Shown here: positions 48,630-59,020 of the stretch, in pieces | Layout of the letters: each line of letters begins with the position of its first letter | How positions within the stretch are numbered: the first letter of the stretch is position 1 | From: Saccostrea cucullata | Taxonomy: Eukaryota | Assembly (NCBI RefSeq): GCF_032062105.1 | Contig: NW_026925523.1 | Coordinates: forward strand, 62,001-126,000 | Length of the DNA stretch: 64,000 nt | Direction of reading: 5' to 3' | Translations under genes and position numbers: made by a program | The notes under the pieces: generated by a model | What the model saw: only the letters and a program-made list of their open reading frames with translations | Databases searched by the model: none | What the model was told of the DNA's origin: nothing

Positions 48630-51155
48630 CTAGCAATCCCCCAGAAACATAACCAAAGGCCACCTCACTAACAGAAGGCTGTGCTGGTCCAGGGGAGAGG
48701 GCGAATCACTGGTGTTGCCCTCTGGGTCTAAAACTGACTCCTCTACCGTTTCCACCTCCGAACTGGGCGTATACGTCCAACTTCCGGGACTAGCTAAGGG
48801 TGCCACATTGTCCACTTCCTCAGCAAAGGCATTCCAAGATTGGTGGGCCTTAACACATTTTGGGCATCCTCCACAAGGCAGGTCACTAGGATGTATGGTG
48901 ACATCTGATCCGGCACAGAGGGCCTGAGGAGGCAACCTAGACAGGGCATCTGCGTTGACATGGCGTCGCCCAGGGCGGTGCTGTATCTCCATGTTGTACT
49001 GACTAAGTTCCTCCATCCATCTGGCGAGTTGGTCCTGCGGGTTCCTGAAGTTTAACAACCAAATAAGGCTATGATGGTCGGTCCTGACAATAAATCTCCT
49101 CCCCAGCAAGTAATGGCGGAACAGTCGAGTGAAGCGGATAACTGCTAACAGCTCCTTCCGGGTCGTGCAGTATTTGCGCTGCTCTGGGGATAGACTGAGG
49201 CTTCCATAAGATATGGGTCTCTCTTGGCCATCCTGTATCTGTGAGAGCTCTGCCCCTATGGCCTCATTGGAAGCGTCAGTGTCAAGTATGAACTCTCCAT
49301 CGGGAATCGGCAGGGCCAAGACTGGCGGAGATGTGAGGGCCCTCTTTAAGCCATCAAAAGCCGACTGTTGATCTGGGCCCCATATGAATGGTTTCTTGCC
49401 TGTTATCTTATAGAGGGGCAGTGCCCACTCCGCATAACCCGCAATGAACCCTCGATGGTAGTTGGCGAACCCTAGGAACCTCTCCACCTCCTTAGTATTT
49501 CTAGGAACGGCCCAGTTCCGGACTGCGGCAATGTAGTCATCCCCCATCTCGATGCCCTCCTTGCTCACAAGGCGCCCCAGGAATTCCACCTTGGTCTGGA
49601 AAAGCTCACACTTTTTTGGCTTAAACTTTAAGTCAAACTCCCGGAAGCGCATGAACACAGCACGCAAGTTCTCAAGGTGATCCTGGAAATCTCGGCCTAA
49701 AACTAGGGCATCATCTAAGAAGGCCAGAACAATACTCCAAGTAAGGCCTCTGAGTACAAGGTTCATCGCCCTGGAGAAGGTAGCCGGGGCATTACATAGA
49801 CCAAACCCCATGCGCACAAACTCGAACAGGCCGTACTTAGTCAAAAAGGCAGTCTTTTTCCTGTCCTGGGGGCGGATCTTAATCTGGTGAAAGGCCGAAT
49901 TGGCGTCAAGCTTGGAAAACCAAACATTCCCAGTGAGGGTGTCCAGGCACTCGTCTATCAGGGGTAAAGGGAAAACATCCTTCCGGGTCACCTTGTTAAG
50001 ACGGCGGTAGTCCAGGCACCACCTTACCTGGCCATCTTTTTTCCGGATCAGGACGGGGGCAGAGGCCCACTCCGACATTGAGGGCTGTATCACTCCGGCC
50101 TCCAGCATTTTCTTAAGGTGGGATTCCTCCTCACCAGCAAAGAACATAGGGGTGCGTCTCATCCGCTCCTTCACTGGGGGTGCGTCTCCAGTATCTATCT
50201 CGTGTTCTAGTGCAGTGAAGTTCCCGAAGTCAAACTCACTGCGAGCGAAGACATCTTGAAACTCTGTCAGCAGACTAGCCAACATAGCCCTCTCCTCTTG
50301 GCTGAGTTCTACAGAGGAGCGCTCCAGCAAGTCTTGTAGGAATTCCGGCACCTCTTGGGTTGAGGCTGTTGCCCCCAGGTCCCCTACATCTTCGCTGTCC
50401 ACGGTCCTAACCAGATAAGGCACTGGCTGGTGAGGATCAGCTTCCACCGCCATACCTATGTGACTGCCCTCAGTCAATGTCACTCCTCGATCTGAAACAT
50501 TCACTATGCAAACTATTGCACTGTCTCCTCCCTCGTGATATGTATGGGGCATAAGGAGTATGTCCGACTGCATATCAATGCCAGGGATCACCACAAAATC
50601 CTTCAGCTTCCGGTCCAGATGACTGGGGCATAAAACAACAGAGCCGGCCGGGACCCGTACCTTCCGGGCTAAGGTCACTCTCGCCTCCGGAATCTCCTCA
50701 GCTCTGCCAAAATTCATCTTGATGGCCTCCCCTCCCAAGGTCAAGGTTCCATGCTCTAAATCTAGACGGGCCTTCCTGGCATGAAGGAACTCCATGCCCA
50801 GCAACATAGGGTCTTGCAAGGGGGCTACATAAAGGTCAACCTCGTAAGTTCGACTCCCTAAACTCAAGGCCATGGGCCCCACTATGAAACCCTTGAGCTT
50901 GGTATCTTCACCAGCCTGCATCATAGTTACATGTCTCCGGATGGGGGGCTTTGGATCCAAGCGGTCGTACACCCTCGTCGACAGGACACTAACCTCTGCC
51001 CCCGTATCCACCACAGCATTTACCCGCAACCCTTGCACGTATAGGCTGACTGAAAAGCCTGTAGATGGGCGCAACTGTCCTATGGGCACCGTCGGCTCTA
51101 CCCCCTCATCCAATGGCGTCTCCGACTTTAAGATTACCAGGTTTGGTTCCCCCAA
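48630..51155 (-). CDS. Pol: aspartic protease, reverse transcriptase and RNase H
   Basis: VVDTGAEVS; RWCLDYRRLN, MGFGLCNAPATF, AFLDD; LDTDAS, KELLA, TDHHSL, NADALSR. Confidence 0.95.
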   Translation of the reverse strand: MGEPNLVILKSETPLDEGVEPTVPIGQLRPSTGFSVSLYVQGLRVNAVVDTGAEVSVLSTRVYDRLDPKPPIRRHVTMMQAGEDTKLKGFIVGPMALSLGSRTYEVDLYVAPLQDPMLLGMEFLHARKARLDLEHGTLTLGGEAIKMNFGRAEEIPEARVTLARKVRVPAGSVVLCPSHLDRKLKDFVVIPGIDMQSDILLMPHTYHEGGDSAIVCIVNVSDRGVTLTEGSHIGMAVEADPHQPVPYLVRTVDSEDVGDLGATASTQEVPEFLQDLLERSSVELSQEERAMLASLLTEFQDVFARSEFDFGNFTALEHEIDTGDAPPVKERMRRTPMFFAGEEESHLKKMLEAGVIQPSMSEWASAPVLIRKKDGQVRWCLDYRRLNKVTRKDVFPLPLIDECLDTLTGNVWFSKLDANSAFHQIKIRPQDRKKTAFLTKYGLFEFVRMGFGLCNAPATFSRAMNLVLRGLTWSIVLAFLDDALVLGRDFQDHLENLRAVFMRFREFDLKFKPKKCELFQTKVEFLGRLVSKEGIEMGDDYIAAVRNWAVPRNTKEVERFLGFANYHRGFIAGYAEWALPLYKITGKKPFIWGPDQQSAFDGLKRALTSPPVLALPIPDGEFILDTDASNEAIGAELSQIQDGQERPISYGSLSLSPEQRKYCTTRKELLAVIRFTRLFRHYLLGRRFIVRTDHHSLIWLLNFRNPQDQLARWMEELSQYNMEIQHRPGRRHVNADALSRLPPQALCAGSDVTIHPSDLPCGGCPKCVKAHQSWNAFAEEVDNVAPLASPGSWTYTPSSEVETVEESVLDPEGNTSDSPSPLDQHSLLLVRWPLVMFLGDC

Positions 51156-53787
51156 AGCCCTTTAACTTTCCTGTCCTCTCCTGGGCTGGTCCAAGAGGGG
51201 GGCGTTGAGTGGGGGGTCACACGTATCCCCACTTCCTCGACCTCTTCCTCCTCAGCTCAGAAGAGCTCCGGTGAGGGTGGCAACTCAAAGCTGACCTTCA
51301 ACTTGCGTCACTTGCGTCTACGGCGAATACACGAGGGCGGTAAACTGGCCCCCTGCTCCTGCTTTTCCGAGTCTGTCCTCTCTGGGGACTGCTCCGGGGT
51401 CACCAATCGGACTGCCTGGGGAGCCACTCCCTGTGATCCGGGCTTCCCACTCCTTTGTCCCCTATCCTTAGACTCGGACCTCTGAGATCCCTCACTCATG
51501 AGTCCCCTCTTCTGAGCGCCACCCCGCTGCCCATCAATGGCTACTGACTTCCCTGCAGCCAGGGTGGGGCAATTCCTACGGAAATGCCCCACCTCTCCGC
51601 ACTTAAAACAAACCGGGGGTTTCTGGTCGCGCTCTGCCGATCGGGGTGGCGGGGTACCAGTCCTCTCCGGCCTGGGGAGGGGGGCAGATCCTTTCTGCTT
51701 AACAGCTTGCTCCAACTTTTCCATCCTGCTGCGGAGGGCTTCCAGCTCCTCCCCCGCAGTAGCGACACTCACTTCCTGCTGATTGTCCTGTTCATCACCT
51801 GGGATCAATTTCCGCAGCTCTTTCTTGGTCTTAGGCCTATGTAACCGGGAGTGCTGGAAATATTGCATCCTCTCTACAGCTTCCTCTACAGTCCGAGGGT
51901 GCCCATCGAGGGCATAAAGGCCTGCGTCCCTGTCCTCGGCTCCATAACACAACTTGGGGATAGCATGAGTGTGCACGTCGGGCACACTCGGGAAGGCCCG
52001 GGTCGCCAAGGTCAGCACCCGGTCCGCCCACTATCGAAGGGCCTCTCCAGGATTCTGGCTAGCTGACTGGAAGTTGAGTTGGTGCGTCAGATCGGGAGCA
52101 GAGGAGCCAAAACGCTTCTCAAACCTCTGCAGTATCTCGCTTAGAGGGAGCAGTGTAGTTGTTTCTAGCAGCAAGGTGTAGTATTCACTTGCCACCCCTT
52201 CAAGGGAAAAACAGAACTGGTCATGTTGCTCCTCCTCAGTCCACAGCTGACTGCGAGACAACCTGATAAACTTGTGCAGAAATGCCTTCCAACTGGTTTT
52301 GCCATCATACCGGAGGTCCTTGTACCTAGGCCTGCTTCCCAAGGCTGTCCTTCCTGTGTATGGCGTGGTACTGTGGTATCCAGGTGAGCCATACTGCATC
52401 AGTGCACTTAAGTTACGGGCTGGGTTTGCCGGGACTGTCTGATTGACAGAGTATCCCGGCCCGGCTGCAGCATACATGTTTGGCTGCACATGCGCTATTC
52501 TCTCCCCCTCCCTTCCAAAATGGCAGGGTGGGGCATCAGTATGGGCGGGGCTACATGTCATAGATGCAGGGATACCCTGGTAAGGCAAGGCACCGGGCAA
52601 AGGTATACTCGGGAGTGTGGCCGGGGTATTCTCACCACGGTACAGCGCAGACTGGGGTGGATCAAGGATTGGGGGTTGTGCATGCCCACCCCCATGGTTG
52701 ACATAAGTAGATGGTGGCGCGTGGTAAGGTGTGCTTGTAGAGGTTGCATACACTGGTGCAGGCTGGGGTCTGGCAGCAGTCATGCCAGTATCAAAAGGCC
52801 ACGAGGCTAGGTTGCTTGGCGATTCCGACTGCATCAATACAGGGGGCACTCCTGCATTTATAGGGACTGGGGCAGGCATAGTGTGAGGCATGGAGGTCCG
52901 GGGTTGCAAATCATCCCCGGGGAGAAAGGGCACACTAAAGTCTGCAGGTTTAGGCGGAGTCTGTGCAGGCATAGGGTTCCAGGTGAGCTCTGTAGCGCGA
53001 ACAGGATCAAACTCAGAAATGAGCTGTTCAGGCCTCATAGGCCTCTGAGACTGTTGGTCGTGTTTGGAGGTAAGTGGTGCAGGCCTCATAGGCCTCTCGG
53101 TCATCCCATCGCATTTGTAGGTGAGCGGTTCAGGCCACATGGGCTTCTCAGGCTGTCGATCCTCAAATGGTGTGTAGGATGGAAGGGCGGGGTCAGGAGT
53201 GGGGTATACACCCCCACTTAAGCGGCTTGGTCGGAATCCCCTAGTGGCAGGACCCCCCAGGTTAGCTGTGTCTCCTACAAGGACAGGCTGGCTACTAGCC
53301 GGCCGCACATAACCTAAAGAATACGGTTCAATGCCGGAAGTCCGAGGAACCTCACTGCATTCGTACTTAGGTGGGGTACTACCCACAGTGCTGCCAGGTG
53401 AGCTACACCTACACAGGCTACCTAAAGAGGACTCAAGGGAATCAGTGGACATCATCCCTGGTGAGCTAAATTGGGGCTGGGAAAACCGTACCTTCTTTCC
53501 GTGACACACTCTCCCCCCCCCCTGGGAATGCCCGAGTTCAGACCGGGCGTAAGTACAGAGGGACCCCCCCAGGGCAACCCCCCTCCCACACGGCCTGACA
53601 TTAACTGAGCAAATGGAGATGCGTGACGGGATGTAAAGCTCCCGCTGTATACATAAGGTGAATAACCCCCTTCCCCGGGGTATCCCCCCACCCTACCCGG
53701 GGTGTGAGGAATGACATTTGCCCGCGTGACCGCCGGGATGCTTCCCAGACCTAAGGCCGACGCGGCTTCCTCCAAAGACATATCCAT
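51135..53787 (-). pseudogene. Gag-like ORF (Pro-rich N-terminus, capsid-like region, CCHC knuckle) broken by a frameshift and stops
   Basis: YDGKTSWKAF..QNPGEALR*WADRV; CFKCGEVGHFRRNC; frameshift at the G10 run 53513-22, TAG 52031-33, TGA 51308-10 and 51257-59. Confidence 0.85.
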
Positions 53788-54010
53788 ACAATGTGAAAAT
53801 GCACAAAATAAATGTCAAATAAATCACAGCAATAATAATCACTTGCTATAAATGCAGATACAAATTAATTACAATTGATTCAAATCAAAATTCGATTGCA
53901 AAAAAAAGTACACAAAAATCACCCGCGCATTCTGCAACAAAAATGGCGGCTGGGGTGATGGCCAAAAAAAAACCTAACTTTGACAGAAGTACGGGAATCT
54001 GTAGCACCGG

Positions 54011-54030
54011 GCCCCGCGAATTGGGCGCCA
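54011..54030 (-). promoter_or_regulatory. Primer-binding site, tRNA-Lys type
   Basis: TGGCGCCCAATTCGCGGGGC, 1 nt after the 5' LTR; similar to the tRNA-Lys(CUU) PBS TGGCGCCCAACGTGGGGC. Confidence 0.85.
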
Positions 54031-54031
54031 G

Positions 54032-54256
54032 TAAAGTAAACCCCAAAGGTAATGTAACAACGGTTTATTATATATATACACTACAATTATCAACTGTATC
54101 CGAGTGGGTCCTGGCCCGGGGGTTAGACTCACCAACTTCTAGTTGCGTCTTCTCGCTTGGCCATCGTCAGGGAGAAAGAGGCCCGTGCGACTGTCCCGCC
54201 ATCTGACGTCACCTTGTCAGTAGGTCGTACCACGGGACAGTCGCACAGATACTACA
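54032..54256 (-). repeat. 5' LTR
   Basis: Identical to 45211-45435. Confidence 0.97.
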
Positions 54257-54858
54257 ATATACAGTCTGTCAAATATTTTTCAACTTTGGATTATTTACTA
54301 GACATAAAGTGTTCATGTTAACAAACGAGATAAATAACATTTCTTGATAATTCTACCGGAAGCCCTAAGTTTTGACAAGCAAAAGGTCAGTAGCTAAGGA
54401 TTAGTATGCATGTAAATCTCGTGGATTTGTCATTCTGTTTGACATCAACGGTTGGGAACTAGTGAAAATGACATGGGAGGTCTCGTGTAATTTAAATGAA
54501 ATATATGGAGATGACGAACAGTGTTCAAACTCAAAATCCATTAAACAATACAATATAGGAGCATAGCAAACACAAGACTCCAACACATAGAGGTAGAATT
54601 AGGTGCCATGGATGAATGAGCATCCCCTGCTGATCGGTCACACCCGCCGTGTGCTCCTTGTCATGATCGGATAAAAACAGAAAGATCTGTCTTCAATTCA
54701 TTGTGTAAATAATAGCCTAACAATCAGTATGAAAAAACGCGTAAGTCAGCATATGAATCAATGATAAGTTGCATTTGCTGATGAGGTAAATATATAAGAC
54801 AATATGTTTTTAAAATCAAAATTTAAAATTTTATTTCACAATAAATGTAAATATATTA

Positions 54859-54996
54859 GGAATCACTGTCTAGTTTGTTGGGTACGCCTGGGATATCAAA
54901 GATTACTGAAAACGTGGGATAATTTATGCAATTTACGGCACGCTTCCAACTATCGTTGATGCCCTGGCATATCCAACAATCTAGACAGTGATTCCT
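54859..54996. repeat. Short palindromic MITE-like element (partial copy near 15315)
   Basis: AGGAATCACTGTCTAG / CTAGACAGTGATTCCT ends with internal imperfect symmetry. Confidence 0.65.
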
Positions 54997-55319
54997 TAAC
55001 TAGATGAGAAAAAGTATATGATTATATATTATTTTTCTCTATTATCCTAAGTTCTGATTGGTTCAAACTTTATCGCATGATCAAGTTTACACATATACTT
55101 GTGTTACTATTTATAGATTATTAAAAAAACATATTGACTAATGTTTTTATAAAACATTCCTCTATATCCGCTGACTTCAAAATATTTATAGCTAATATAT
55201 CTTTAAATATGTTTTATACTCCTTTTTATAAACATGGTGTTTTGTAATACTAGTAATTGGTTAGATGAAGGATATGGAGATAACAAACAGTATTCAATAT
55301 AAAAGTCCATAAAAGAAAA

Positions 55320-55525
55320 TTGCAAGTTCCATTTTCATTGAAAAAGCAATTGTCAATGATATCAAAAAGTCTGGACTTTAATTTATCGTGGGGAATGGTT
55401 GTGTATAAAGTTGAAAAGTCGTAAGTTTTCAAGCTGTTGATTATGGTAAAATCGTGTGATTTCAAATTGTTTAAAAGTTCTTTGGATTTTTTGAGTATCC
55501 AGATCTGATTCGCACCACTTCTTGA
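55320..55525 (-). mobile_element. Penelope-like RT fragment
   Basis: KTYDFSTLYTTIPHDKLKSRLFDIIDNCFFNENG. Confidence 0.8.
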
Positions 55526-55554
55526 ATATATCGTTATGTAACAATTCCCTGAAT

Positions 55555-55918
55555 GTTTGTTTATTTGACGTTAAACGTCCTTCTCGAGAATCTTCCAATC
55601 ATATGGAGACGCCGCCATTTGCTGTTGGAGAACTGCATATTTTGTTTTATACTCGGCACTCATCACGGCCATTGAGCAATGAGGGATCTCTTCCGTGCCA
55701 GCACCTATTACGATACGGGGCCTAGGTTTACGAAGAACCAGTCTCCACGTCTTACAGTAGGATTCGAACCCGCGACGTAAGGATTGACTCCTTTCTTCAA
55801 AATTAACAATATTACAATGCCATGTTGTAAATTTTGTATTCACTGCAACCCCGTAAATTCAAATTTACAACATTATACCTTACTCCGCGGCTCTAATCAC
55901 TGTGCCATGTACGCAGGC
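55555..55918 (-). mobile_element. Decayed tRNA-derived SINE
   Basis: Minus-strand A-box-like TGGCACAGTGATTAGAG (~55891-55907), B-box GGGTTCGAATCC (~55760-55771) and AAAC-like tail; the head appears interrupted. Confidence 0.55.
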
Positions 55919-56714
55919 GACACCTTAATAAGAATCCACTATATATTAGATTACATTGGGCCTAGAAATGCTTTTCATAGATAAAAACAACGAGGAAGGA
56001 GGTTGATATGCCTTCCTTTGAAGTCGATATATCTATGGATATATATGAAATCCGTTTTTTTTTTTTTTGGTATTATACAATTATATTTTTTAAGAATGCA
56101 ATGTGTACAATCAAATTCTTCATGACTTAATTTAGATTTAAAAATTCTTACGTTTGATTGTGAATATCTTACATGTCTTCTGGATTATTCAGTTATTTGT
56201 AAGTAATTATAGTTAACACACAATCTTCTTTCGAAATTTATCTTCTGTACTTTAAATTTGGCGAGCTTAAGATATCTGTCAGCCCAAAGGTTAATTCGAT
56301 ATATTTGACAGATCGAAATAATAAATGCTCCCTCACACGTCTTCAACACGTGACATTTCAGCTGTTACACTTCACTCCTCTCAGTTTTTTTTGTTCCTCA
56401 GGCAAAAAAGCGGTGATTTAGATTCTTTCGCACTTTTTGGTCTGCTGTCTGTCATAAATACAACAACAGCAATGCATCAAAAGTGCATTTGATGCCGTCA
56501 TTTTAATGTTAGTCAAAACGTTTCTGTTTTCTCCATATGTATATATATGTAAACAAATATTTAAGTATAAGATATTTTTGAAAAGTTCAGTAACTTGATT
56601 TTAACTGCTAAATTATGATAGTCTTATTTTTAATAATTCATAATAGTATATATACTTTTTAAAATACTATTAGAATTACTCACAACGACGCCTATCGATA
56701 AAACCTGAAATATT

Positions 56715-58872
56715 AACAAGAGGCCCACGGGCCTCATAGGTCACCTGAGTATCGTGTAACAACTTTCAAACAATTAAAAAAGGTTCTTGCTTTAAACCAG
56801 AGGCCATGAAATTCACAATTCACAATTTTGAAAGAGGCGCCATTGCTTATTATTAAACCATTATGAACCATATTATAATTATAAACTTAGCATGCTTACT
56901 CTATTTACTTAAGGGGGGACCTATGTCGTTCGACGTCAAAGCAGCGTTATGTGACGTCACAATAGCGACGTTTGTTTTTTTTTCCCGCTGACTTTTGCAA
57001 CTGTGATCATAGGCATAACATTGTTATTAATCAAAAACGTACACAGTTTACAAAAAGAAATTTTTTTCATCAATTAAAACATTTTTATTTGATTTATGGA
57101 GTTTGTTAATATCAGAATTCTCTTCCTTTGGTTGATAATTCATAGCAATTTCACTTGTGAAGAAATACCTCTATGATATGCTGATATAGAAATTTGCAAA
57201 AAATATGATAAAATTCAGAAAAGACAGCGGCTTAAATTAGGGAAATATGTCTAATTTTTTGATTACCATTAATTGTATTTTCTGGATAAAACTAAGAAAA
57301 AATTAAGAAATATTACTTGTACCTATATTTACTTATTGATTTATAATGCATGTAGATTTTATTGTATAAAGTCATTCCTAGGTTCTATTAGGTGTTGGTT
57401 GTTGACAGGGAAGGGGGGGGCAGAATGATTAGAATGAAGAAGAAAATAGTTTATCAGTTTAAATTATTTCTTATCAAAACAAAATACTCATTTTTTGCAA
57501 AATAGTTTTATATTCAGATGTTTGTCAGTGCTAACTTACCTTTTTTTTAGTGCAGAAAGGTCAATATTTATGACAGAAGAGTATGAAAATAAAAGAAAAC
57601 GTCATATTTCTCGTTTATTTTATCATAAAGGTATACTTTATTCCTTGTTAAATTAAAGAGAGGGGTCAGTTCTCTCAAAAAATATAAATTACAACATTTT
57701 CACACAAAGACTTTTTAAGATATTACCTGTTATGTATGTCAGAATTGTAAAAAATACGACAAAAAAACCGGGGTGATATTTACATTGTGCTCCTTTATAA
57801 TTTTTCATGCGAGATGAATTACAATGAATTTGCCTTCATTTTAAAGATACAAGTCATATAAATTAAATACATGTTGATTTCGAATGTGATTTGACATTTT
57901 TGGTTCTTTTTAGCACATATTTGAGTAGAACAATAATGACTGAAAATAATCTAATTTTAGCATTTCACACTGTTTTTGCACGTGCTCCTGTGTAAAAATA
58001 AGCATATAAAGGTATTGTTTTTAATACCTAAAAATTAAGATAAAGTGGTTAGGAAAGAAATGTCAAAGTTTTGAAAATTTCACACAAAGACTTTTCGGAC
58101 ATAGGTCCCCCCTTAATACCCAGAGGTAGATCAGAGAAAATGCACTTCCACTTTATAACCAGTTGTACACCTCACCCCAAAGGAACCACTAACCCTGGGG
58201 CTACATATTTCAAAATTTTGCAAATTTGATCATATAATGGTTGATTAACACTAAAGAGCAGATTTAAAAGCATTAATTTATTTTCAGACTATGTACCCCC
58301 TTCCCACCACACCCCCCTGAACCAGGGAACATAAAAATAACCATTTTGCTAGATGCATCTTTCTTCATCATAAATATATATACTTTGATCATTGGCATAC
58401 AACCCAGGAGCATAGGAAAAGATTTTCAAAGAATAAATGCATTTTCACTTTATGATCAATAGAGCTCCGCCCTAACACCAGAACCCCTGACCCTGGGGCC
58501 ATTAAATTCACAATTTTGGAAGAGGCACTCTTGCTCAACATAACTATGGTAATGGTAGAGGACTCCATGCTCATCACATTCATGCCAACAGTTTGTCTGC
58601 TTGATGGCCAGGAGTAAAGAAGATTTTTAAAGATTGCAATAATTTTGGTGGTTTTGGCCCCACTCTCAGGCCCCGGGGGCATAAAATTCACAATTTTTGT
58701 TCCCCTTCACCCATAGATGCTGTGTACCGAATTTGGTGGAAATTGGCTGAGTGGTTTCAGAGAAGAAGCTGAAAATGTTCAAATGTTAACGGACGACGGA
58801 CGACGCACGACGACGACGACGGACGAAAACGGATAGCAGTAGGTCACCTGAGTTACTCAGGTGACCTAAAAA
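56715..58872 (+). mobile_element. Helentron-associated non-autonomous element with a nested insertion
   Basis: AACAAGAGGCCCACGGGCC start, GAAATTCACAATTTTG subrepeats, (GACG)n, terminal palindrome AGGTCACCTGAGT-ACTCAGGTGACCT then AAAA. Confidence 0.75.
56913..58112. mobile_element. Non-autonomous Kolobok-like element
   Basis: 15-bp TIR GGGGGGACCTATGTC, TTAA TSD on both sides, purine-purine 5' end. Confidence 0.8.
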
Positions 58873-59020
58873 AGAAGAGTTTTCACATCGTATTCATAAC
58901 TCTGTATATATGACATATAAACAATTATTGTTTAATTATAAAACTTCCGTTGTGGATCAGTATTGTCCATCCTATAAAGACTATAACTTTTTGTGTAATT
59001 TCTTATTCTTATAAAAAAAT

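Larger units (their letters stand above)
45211..54256 (-). mobile_element. Full-length Ty3/Gypsy LTR retrotransposon (9046 bp)
   Basis: Two identical 225-bp LTRs, TSD ATAT (45207-10 and 54257-60), PBS, PPT, gag-PR-RT-RH-IN order; visibly more GC-rich than the flanks. Confidence 0.97.

Noticed and set aside
52031-52033. Programmed readthrough of the gag TAG
   Set aside because: It falls mid-capsid domain, and the context UAG-UGG-GCG is not a recognised readthrough motif; a nonsense change is simpler.
45336-53221. Numerous plus-strand ORFs inside the Gypsy element
   Set aside because: Antisense shadows expected from GC-rich coding DNA; no motifs.
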